Shown here one piece after another: positions 7,548-14,317 of a stretch of DNA of 15,978 bases. Positions within the stretch are counted from its first letter, which is position 1. Each line of letters opens with the position of its first letter. The DNA is from Spirochaetota bacterium. Its GTDB lineage: Bacteria; Spirochaetota; GWE2-31-10. A model generated the notes under the pieces. The model ran no database searches. It saw nothing but the letters and a program-made list of their open reading frames with translations, and had not been told where the DNA came from. Location: the NCBI GenBank assembly GCA_022361115.1, contig JAKSBL010000332.1, positions 1-15,978 on the forward strand. The letters run 5' to 3'. Made by a program: the position numbers and the translations under genes.

Positions 7548-9194
7548 TTACCTTCTCAAAGCTTCCACTGGTTCAATAAATGCTGATTTTAGTGAGGGAA
7601 AAATGGTACAACAGGATGATATTACAACTCCGAACAAAAATCCGTATAATAGGTAAAATGGTGAAAACTTAATAAAAATCGTATTTGCAACTGGGAATTC
7701 TACTCCTCCTGTCATTGCTAAAATATCAATGGGTACATAGGAAAGTATCAGTGAGAGGACACCTCCGATAAAGGTACCTGCGATGGACCCAAAAAAACTT
7801 AAGAGTATGGCTTCCAGGAAAAAAACCATGATAATTTCAAAACGGGACATCCCTAGAGCTCCCATCATGCCAATTTCCTTAATCCTTTCATGAATGACCA
7901 TAATAACTGTATTCACAATCAAAAATGATGCTACAATAATAAACACTCCATAAACAATAGCGTAAATGGTTTCCGCCATTTTCATCATTGCCATGAAAGT
8001 GTGAGAAGCCAGTTCTCTGATAAAGATATCCTCTTGATGGTTTAAGGCAGCAATTTTTTTTGTAACTGCTTTATATTCCTCAGGTTTATCCAGGTATACA
8101 TAAATAGCTTGAGTCTGTCCTTTTAAAGATGCCAGGCTTTGTACTCTTTCAAAGGGAAGCAAGATATAATAGCCGTCATAAGAAACATAATCAAAATCAA
8201 AAACCCCAACTACTCGAGGATTGTAAAATCTATCCGAATAGGTACTGGAGATCATTTTCATGGGAATACTCGGCAAAGCTGCTTTTTGTACGATATACAT
8301 GATTTCTTCTTTATCTGATGCAGTGATATTCGGATTTAGTTGATAGAAGTTATTTTCATATAGAGTATAGTATTGTTCAAATGTTGATTTAGCAATGATG
8401 CTGTTTTCCAAACTGATCATTAAGTTACTGGATTTACTAACTTTTTCTGGCAATTTGGTAACTTCTAAATTGATAAAATTATCCAGTAATTGCAGGTTAT
8501 CATTTTCTTCAATAATATCTGCAACAACATACAGGCCATGGCCATTTTTAGAATAATATTTATCCAAAAGAGTATTCATCTCTGAACTAAACATGTCTTT
8601 CCACCACTGCATTTCATACTCTTCAACCTGTCTGGGAATAATCCCCAGTTTTTTGGCAATGTTGATTCCTACAACAGCTTCATTGGCATACCGGGTTTTT
8701 GATTTTTTTTCAGGAAAACGTCCAATGACCAAACCATTACTTTTATTCTTGAGATTATAATCATTGATTCGAGTTTCGTCTGGCATAGCCAGTTCTTTTT
8801 CAATATCAACTCCCCAAACAATAGCATGTTTGATCAGGTTGCTGGTTAAGGTTGCATAAGATGTTATTCTTGGAAAAACTGCTTTCACTCCTTCAATAGA
8901 ATCAATCTCTGCTAAATAATTATCCAGATCTCCATTAGGGGGAGTAATTGGATATTGCACCGGAAAAAAATCTTCATTTGTTTTAAAATCTTCTGTAACT
9001 AATGAAATATCCCCTGTTTCAAAGGTTTTAACAATTGACTCCATACTGCCAATCATACCATTGATATAAGAAATCATGGCAATAATAAAGAATACCGCCA
9101 TAGCAATGGCAAAGATACAGAGAACCGATCTTCTCCTGTTACGGTTTATATTTCTTAAGGCAATGGTGAATAGATAACCTAATCCATTTTGCAT
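7548..9194 (-). CDS. FtsX/MacB-type ABC transporter permease, the third and divergent copy, with an unusually large extracytoplasmic domain of roughly 370 aa
   Basis: Preferred start is ATG at 9194 with AGGAGGTGAttaaa upstream. The track's 9203 is a GTG. N-terminal TM segment 'SVLCIFAIAMAVFFIIAMISYI' is followed by a long soluble region, then three C-terminal TM segments containing the FtsX motif region 'ERIKEIGMMGALGMSRFEIIMVFFLEA'. Confidence 0.8.
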   Translation of the reverse strand: MQNGLGYLFTIALRNINRNRRRSVLCIFAIAMAVFFIIAMISYINGMIGSMESIVKTFETGDISLVTEDFKTNEDFFPVQYPITPPNGDLDNYLAEIDSIEGVKAVFPRITSYATLTSNLIKHAIVWGVDIEKELAMPDETRINDYNLKNKSNGLVIGRFPEKKSKTRYANEAVVGINIAKKLGIIPRQVEEYEMQWWKDMFSSEMNTLLDKYYSKNGHGLYVVADIIEENDNLQLLDNFINLEVTKLPEKVSKSSNLMISLENSIIAKSTFEQYYTLYENNFYQLNPNITASDKEEIMYIVQKAALPSIPMKMISSTYSDRFYNPRVVGVFDFDYVSYDGYYILLPFERVQSLASLKGQTQAIYVYLDKPEEYKAVTKKIAALNHQEDIFIRELASHTFMAMMKMAETIYAIVYGVFIIVASFLIVNTVIMVIHERIKEIGMMGALGMSRFEIIMVFFLEAILLSFFGSIAGTFIGGVLSLILSYVPIDILAMTGGVEFPVANTIFIKFSPFYLLYGFLFGVVISSCCTIFPSLKSAFIEPVEALRR

Positions 9195-9245
9195 TTTAAT
9201 CACCTCCTATAAATGCTAATTTATATAATTCAGGCATTAATGGGT

Positions 9246-10553
9246 TTATTCAAACCTTAATGCATCTGAGACTGCAATTTTTAAAGCTTTTTTCACTGGA
9301 ATCAAAGCCATTAATCCGGCAACTAAAACAGAGCCGATAAAGGATCCGGCTATCATTCCATAATTCCAGGCAGAACGGGTAATTCCGGTAACCCGGTATC
9401 CAAATCCATCTTCAAAACCTTCCTCCAGCATTGCTGTTAAATCTATGCCAATTGGTATCATGTAAAAGTAATTAAATAGAGAAGCTGTGATTAAGCCCAG
9501 GGCTCCGCCGATTAAGCCGATTAGCATAGATTCATAAATGTAGAGCCGGGTAACCTGTCCGTCAGTTAAGCCCAGGGCCCGAACCATACCGATTTCTTTT
9601 GTCCGTTCCAGAACTGCCATGAGCATGGTGTTGGCGATTCCGGCTATGGCTAAGATCATTAGAAATCCAATGATTACATAAGTACCGTACGTATCACCAG
9701 CAGCCATAGCTAAAAAGTCTTTGGCATCTTCTTCCCAGCTGACCAGAGTTAAATGATCAGGTAAGGGTTCTGCCATATTGGCTAAAATTGCTTCTGGAGT
9801 TTCTTTTTTTCCTGGTAAATCAGTACTAAGTGCTCCCAGTTTTCGGATGCAAAGTTCTGAAACATGGCCTTGTAAAAGAATTCCCATTTCATCCTGTAAA
9901 ATATCTAATGGCAGCAAACCCAGCTTTCCATTAATAATAGGATTTGGTGAGTTAATGATTCCTCCGACAATCAAATCGATTACCTGATGGGTGTGATGGA
10001 TTTTACCAATCTCATCTTTTGTATCAATAGTGGTTGTCAATCTTAAAGTATCTCCGACTCTTACATTAAGATCTTGGGCTCCCCGTACACCTAGTACAAT
10101 TTTAGATACGCCATTAGCAATAAAAGATCCGCTTTCAATAAAATCCTCAAATAAAAAGAGGTTTTTAGAGAGTTTTGGGTCAATTCCCCAGAATTGAAAG
10201 GGAACTTCCTGGTCTTTACTGATGAGAGTACCGGCAAAAGCAGCTTTTGGTGCAGCTTTATAGCCAGCTTGAGCTAACTGGTCAATAACGAACTGATACT
10301 GATCAAAACCTTCGTATAGTGGTAACTCATCTTTGTTTTCATAATAGGCTTTTGTATAAATCTTAGCTGCTCCAGTTTCAAAATTGACCAGATTTCTTTT
10401 TGAATCAATTTTCATTCCCAAAACCCAGGAATCCATCCAGATTAACAGAAATACAGAAATAAATATAGCAATGATGGTTATAATAGACTTAACTTTGTGT
10501 CTTCCCAGGTTTCGATAAGCCATATCAAGTAAATTTATCTTTGAGCTGCTCAT
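9246..10553 (-). CDS. LolC/LolE-like FtsX-family ABC transporter permease (paralog 2 of a tandem pair)
   Basis: Real start is ATG 10553 (MSSSKINLL...) with AGGAGA 7 nt upstream overlapping the upstream gene's TAG. The track start 10571 is a TTG inside the upstream gene. Topology is 1 TM + a periplasmic domain of about 230 aa + 3 TM. 'RTKEIGMVRALGLTDGQV' is the FtsX motif. Ends ...DALRFE. Blockwise similar to the upstream permease. Confidence 0.85.
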   Translation of the reverse strand: MSSSKINLLDMAYRNLGRHKVKSIITIIAIFISVFLLIWMDSWVLGMKIDSKRNLVNFETGAAKIYTKAYYENKDELPLYEGFDQYQFVIDQLAQAGYKAAPKAAFAGTLISKDQEVPFQFWGIDPKLSKNLFLFEDFIESGSFIANGVSKIVLGVRGAQDLNVRVGDTLRLTTTIDTKDEIGKIHHTHQVIDLIVGGIINSPNPIINGKLGLLPLDILQDEMGILLQGHVSELCIRKLGALSTDLPGKKETPEAILANMAEPLPDHLTLVSWEEDAKDFLAMAAGDTYGTYVIIGFLMILAIAGIANTMLMAVLERTKEIGMVRALGLTDGQVTRLYIYESMLIGLIGGALGLITASLFNYFYMIPIGIDLTAMLEEGFEDGFGYRVTGITRSAWNYGMIAGSFIGSVLVAGLMALIPVKKALKIAVSDALRFE

Positions 10554-10563
10554 TTTATATCTC

Positions 10564-11865
10564 CTATTCAAACCTCAGAGCATCGGTAATTGGTTTTTTG
10601 ATAACCTTTAAAGAGGGCATGATTGCTGCTAATACTGGGATTAACATGCCAAAAATCAATGCTGTGACATAAGATTTTATACTCCAGGCAGAGCGGAATA
10701 CTCCTGTTACCCGGTAACCAAAATCATCAATATTCATCTGTTCCATCATAAATGTATAATCAATACCATAGTTTACCATAAAATAATTTATGATTGTTCC
10801 GATAATCAAACCCATTAAAGTACCAAACAAGCCGATTAAGAATGCTTCATAGAGAAATGCTTTCAAGATTTCTCCATCCTTCATCCCTAAAGCTCTCAGC
10901 ATACCCAGTTCCTTGGTCCGTTCAAAGGTTGCCATGAGTATGGTATTGGAAATGCCTGCTGCAACAATGATAAAGAGAAACATCAAAATAACCCCAGTTC
11001 CCCCTTTTTTTGTACTTGAGATAGCCAGGTAATCTTTGGCATCCACTTCCCAGCTGACTAATATTAAATCACTAGGGATATCACCAATAGTGCTCAGAAT
11101 GACTTCTGGTTTTTCTTTTTCAGAAGGTAATTGGGTTAAAGCAGCATCTTTAATCCGTATGACTATTTCAGATACTGTTCCTTCTAACCGGATACCCATA
11201 TCATCCTGTAAAATATCTAATGGTATAAATCCGATATTGCCATTGGCATATGGATTGGGGGTATTGATGATTCCACTCACTTGTAAATCAATCACCTGAT
11301 GAGTGTGATGAACTTTTCCCCTTTCATCCTTTTTATCAATAGTCGTTGTTAACCTTAAAGAATCACCTTTTTTTACTTTGAGCCTTTTTGCCCCTTTTAC
11401 CCCTAGCATTATTTCAAATTTGTTTTCTTGTAAATACTGGCCTTCTTCTACATAGTTATGGTAACGGAAAACAGTTTTTTCCTGGTCCGGATCAATCCCG
11501 ATAAACATAAAAGGTATTTCATTATCTTTGCTGATCAGGGTTCCGGAAAAAACTGCATGGGGAGCTGCTGCATAACCCGCTTCATTGAGTTTCGTAATCA
11601 ATTTTTCATGATCCTTAAAACCTTCATATAAAGGACGTTCATCTTTTCTCTCAAAATAGACTTGAGAATAAATTTTTGCAGACCCCGTTTCAAAATTGAC
11701 TAAATTACGCTGAGATTCAATATCAGCACCATATAGCATACAATCAATATAAATATAGGCCATAATCCCAATAATAATGGCAGTCATGGTTAAGGCTGTT
11801 TTAACCTTATGCCTGCCAAGATTTCGGAAGGCAAAATAAATATAATTAGGCTTAGTCCGGCTCAT
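10564..11865 (-). CDS. LolC/LolE-like FtsX-family ABC transporter permease (paralog 1)
   Basis: ATG 11865 overlaps the ATPase stop (ATGA), with GAGGAAAG upstream. Same 1+3 TM topology with a periplasmic domain. 'RTKELGMLRALGMKDGEI'. C-terminus ...DALRFE. Confidence 0.85.
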   Translation of the reverse strand: MSRTKPNYIYFAFRNLGRHKVKTALTMTAIIIGIMAYIYIDCMLYGADIESQRNLVNFETGSAKIYSQVYFERKDERPLYEGFKDHEKLITKLNEAGYAAAPHAVFSGTLISKDNEIPFMFIGIDPDQEKTVFRYHNYVEEGQYLQENKFEIMLGVKGAKRLKVKKGDSLRLTTTIDKKDERGKVHHTHQVIDLQVSGIINTPNPYANGNIGFIPLDILQDDMGIRLEGTVSEIVIRIKDAALTQLPSEKEKPEVILSTIGDIPSDLILVSWEVDAKDYLAISSTKKGGTGVILMFLFIIVAAGISNTILMATFERTKELGMLRALGMKDGEILKAFLYEAFLIGLFGTLMGLIIGTIINYFMVNYGIDYTFMMEQMNIDDFGYRVTGVFRSAWSIKSYVTALIFGMLIPVLAAIMPSLKVIKKPITDALRFE

Positions 11866-12545
11866 TTTGTTCTTTCCTCAGTGATTTTGCCATCACGCAA
11901 GAAAATCAGCCTTCTTGCATAATCCATAACCATTTTGTCATGGGTAGAAAAAATAAAAGTTGCTTTTTCTTCTTGATTGAGTTTGAGCATAATTTCTAGT
12001 ATTTCTGCTCCAATTTTAGAATCAAGATTTGCTGTAGGTTCATCGGCCAGAATTAATTTTGGTTTTTTCACTAATGCTCTGGCAATAGCAACTCTCTGCT
12101 GCTGTCCTCCAGATAGTTCTTTGGGTCGTCTTTTTTCCATCCCTTCTAATCCGACCTCTTTAATCGCAGCATAAGACCTTTCTTTAATTTCACCAGGTGC
12201 TAAGCCTAAAAGGGTGAGAGGAAAAGATACATTTTCCAATATGGTTAATACTGGAATTAAATTATAGGCTTGAAAAACAAAGCCTATATTTTTTCTTCTT
12301 AAAATTGCCTGTTCTTTTTTGGATAAATGCTTTACTGTTTGTTCATTGAGCACAATGTCTCCATCAGTAATGGTATCTAAACAACCAATTAAATGAAGTA
12401 GGGTAGATTTACCACTCCCTGAAGGGCCAACAATGGCAGTAAATTCCCCTTCAGCAAAATCTGTGGTGACTCCCCGCAGAGCTTTGACCACTATTTTATT
12501 TAAATAGTAATCTTTAAATACATTATTTACTTGAACTGTCTTCAT
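11862..12545 (-). CDS. ABC transporter ATP-binding protein, LolD/MacB-NBD type
   Basis: Walker A GPSGSGKST, Q-loop, signature LSGGQQQRVAIARAL, Walker B LILADEPT, H-loop STHD. AGGAGG lies 6 nt upstream of ATG 12545. The start sits 23 nt inside the 3' end of the SPFH gene. Confidence 0.95.
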   Translation of the reverse strand: MKTVQVNNVFKDYYLNKIVVKALRGVTTDFAEGEFTAIVGPSGSGKSTLLHLIGCLDTITDGDIVLNEQTVKHLSKKEQAILRRKNIGFVFQAYNLIPVLTILENVSFPLTLLGLAPGEIKERSYAAIKEVGLEGMEKRRPKELSGGQQQRVAIARALVKKPKLILADEPTANLDSKIGAEILEIMLKLNQEEKATFIFSTHDKMVMDYARRLIFLRDGKITEERTK

Positions 12546-13644
12546 CTACAACCTCCTTTGTAGCTTTCTTTTTACCTTTATTTAAAAGTCCCAATGCTTC
12601 AATGCCAGGTAGACTCAAGGAGTTTACCGAATCAGTAATTGAATGTGGAACCATAAACATTGAATTGCCATTTTTTAAACCTTCCAGAAGAACATTCAGC
12701 TCCCTTAGTTTAAGAGCAACTTCATCATTTTGATAGATAGCCGAAGCTTCTTCCAGCTTTTTGGCTAATTCAATTTCTGCATCTCCCAGAATGATCCTGG
12801 ATTCTTTTTCTCTAATGGCCTGTGCTTTTTTTGTTAAAGCATTTTCTAATTGTTTTGGAAAAGTAATGTCTCTGATTTCAATGGACTGGATAGTTATTCC
12901 CCATTCTGTTGTTTTTTTATCAACAGCAACTCTGAGTTCTTCTCCTAACTCTTCCCGTTGAGCAATAAAAACTGCCAGGTCATTTTCTCCAATAGCATCT
13001 CTTAAGGCAGTTTGAGCACTTAAAATAACAGCATGCATGTAATTTTCAACTTCTAAAACAGCCTTTTCAGCATCCCAGACCATCCAGAAAGCAATGGCAT
13101 CGACATTGATTGGAACACTATCTTTGGTAATTGTCATTTCTGCAGCAAAATCAGTAGAACGAATCCGTAAATCAATAATTTTATTAATAGAATCACTAAA
13201 AGGAAGGATTATAAATAATCCTGGCCCTTTGATTTTGTGAAATTTTCCGAATCGGAGAATAATTGCTCGTTCCCATTCTTTAATGATTTGAAAAACAGGT
13301 GCTAGTAAGCTTCCGACACTAACGATGGCAGCATAGTAGAGAGCTGTATTTCCATTCCACCAGTAAAAATAGATAACTGCTGCTAAGTCAATAAAAATAA
13401 TGGTTTCCCAGCGCCCTTTTAAGGAAATGGTGAGTAATAATAAAACAGGAAATACCATTAAAGTGATTAAATCTGCTTCTTTTAAAACTCCTGCATTAAA
13501 ATAGTAATACAAAAAGCCTAAAACAATGAAAACAGAAAGAATAAAAATTGAGATAGGATTAATAGTAAAGTTTTTTTCCAGAGTCCTTTCAATGATATTC
13601 TTAATGAGATAGTTACTTTTACCTTGCGGTTTCATTTTAAACAT
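12523..13644 (-). CDS. SPFH/Band-7 (stomatin/prohibitin-like) membrane protein with an atypical N-terminal region of about four TM segments
   Basis: SPFH core runs from 'EWERAIILRFGKF...GPGLFIILPF' through 'SRIILGDAEIE' and a coiled-coil tail. The roughly 120 residues ahead of it contain four hydrophobic stretches. Start ATG 13644 overlaps the GntR stop (TAATG). Confidence 0.85.
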   Translation of the reverse strand: MFKMKPQGKSNYLIKNIIERTLEKNFTINPISIFILSVFIVLGFLYYYFNAGVLKEADLITLMVFPVLLLLTISLKGRWETIIFIDLAAVIYFYWWNGNTALYYAAIVSVGSLLAPVFQIIKEWERAIILRFGKFHKIKGPGLFIILPFSDSINKIIDLRIRSTDFAAEMTITKDSVPINVDAIAFWMVWDAEKAVLEVENYMHAVILSAQTALRDAIGENDLAVFIAQREELGEELRVAVDKKTTEWGITIQSIEIRDITFPKQLENALTKKAQAIREKESRIILGDAEIELAKKLEEASAIYQNDEVALKLRELNVLLEGLKNGNSMFMVPHSITDSVNSLSLPGIEALGLLNKGKKKATKEVVDEDSSSK

Positions 13645-14072
13645 TAGTTATTTTCCTCCACCCGATAGTTTCTTAAAAAATTAATCAGTTCTTCTTTCCC
13701 TAATCCATAAGGTTTTAACTGATTTAAACAGTTAACGACTATTTCCTCGATCTTTTGTTTTTTTTCAATTTCACTCATTTCAACTCTTTTTTCTGAAATA
13801 AAAGTTCCAGACCCAACCTGTGTATTGACCAAACCTCTGATTTCCAGTTCAGAATAAGCTTTAGCTACAGTATTGGGATTGACTTTGAGTTGAATGGCCA
13901 AAGACCGAACAGTCGGTAACTGATCACCGACTTTTAATTCGTCAGTGCTAATTGCCAGCTCAATTTGCTGGATAATTTGTCGGTATACAGGGATACCACT
14001 TTTGCTATCTAATACAAAATTAAACTCTTTCATTTCTTCCTTTGGTTCAGTTACTAATTGTACTATTGTCAT
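13644..14072 (-). CDS. GntR-family transcriptional regulator, YtrA-like subfamily (short C-terminal domain)
   Basis: Winged-HTH 'IPVYRQIIQQIELAISTDELKVGDQLPTVRSLAIQLKVNPNTVAKAYSELEIRGLV'. Total 142 aa, the size of the YtrA subclass. First gene of the ABC cluster. No Shine-Dalgarno upstream, consistent with the leaderless promoter in the next feature. Confidence 0.85.
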   Translation of the reverse strand: MTIVQLVTEPKEEMKEFNFVLDSKSGIPVYRQIIQQIELAISTDELKVGDQLPTVRSLAIQLKVNPNTVAKAYSELEIRGLVNTQVGSGTFISEKRVEMSEIEKKQKIEEIVVNCLNQLKPYGLGKEELINFLRNYRVEENN

Positions 14073-14108
14073 AATACAATTATAAATGTATTAGTACAAT
14101 ATGTCAAT
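14057..14108 (-). promoter_or_regulatory. Consensus sigma-A promoter giving a leaderless GntR mRNA, overlapped by a 9-bp perfect inverted repeat as candidate autoregulatory operator
   Basis: On the minus strand, TTGACA (14108-14103) is followed by an 18-nt spacer and TATAAT (14084-14079), which ends 6 nt before ATG 14072. The TSS is therefore at or next to the A of the ATG. The inverted repeat ATTGTACTA (14057-14065, codons 3-5) pairs with TAGTACAAT (14092-14100, in the spacer). Each arm has a GTAC core. Confidence 0.55.
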
Positions 14109-14163
14109 ACCTTTTATGAAAAAAATTATACTTTTTTATAAAATCAGGATAAAAAAGAGAAAA

Positions 14164-14190
14164 AATCATATTTTTTTCTTTAATATGATT
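14164..14190. promoter_or_regulatory. AT-rich 8-bp inverted repeat AATCATAT-N11-ATATGATT between the divergent promoters
   Basis: aatcatat at 14164-14171 pairs with atatgatt at 14183-14190. It lies 15 nt upstream of the -35 of the + strand promoter and is flanked by A- and T-runs. Either a regulator site or a weak hairpin. Confidence 0.3.
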
Positions 14191-14204
14191 ATTTTGATTT
14201 TTTA

Positions 14205-14233
14205 TTGACTCACTTTTAACAATTATCTATCAT
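14205..14233 (+). promoter_or_regulatory. Sigma-A-type promoter for the CheW-like multidomain gene
   Basis: TTGACT (14205-14210), then a 17-nt spacer, then TATCAT (14228-14233), with 'aat' extending to 14236. AGGAT lies 7 nt before ATG 14318. An in-frame TAA stop at 14300-14302 sets the start. Confidence 0.35.
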
Positions 14234-14317
14234 AATAAAAGAATGGAGGAAGAGAAGTATTAGCTCATTTCTTCATTAACCTTGCTTATTTATCTCACAT
14301 AATACAGGATACCTGTT

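Noticed and set aside
9778-11299. Two + strand ORFs (9778..9987 and 11036..11299) with mutually similar translations
   Set aside because: They lie antisense within the two paralogous permease genes. Their similarity simply mirrors the sense-strand duplication. No RBS is present, and the real CDSs on the opposite strand have strong support.
11977-12961. Small + strand ORFs 11977..12174 and 12761..12961
   Set aside because: They are antisense to the ABC ATPase and SPFH genes.
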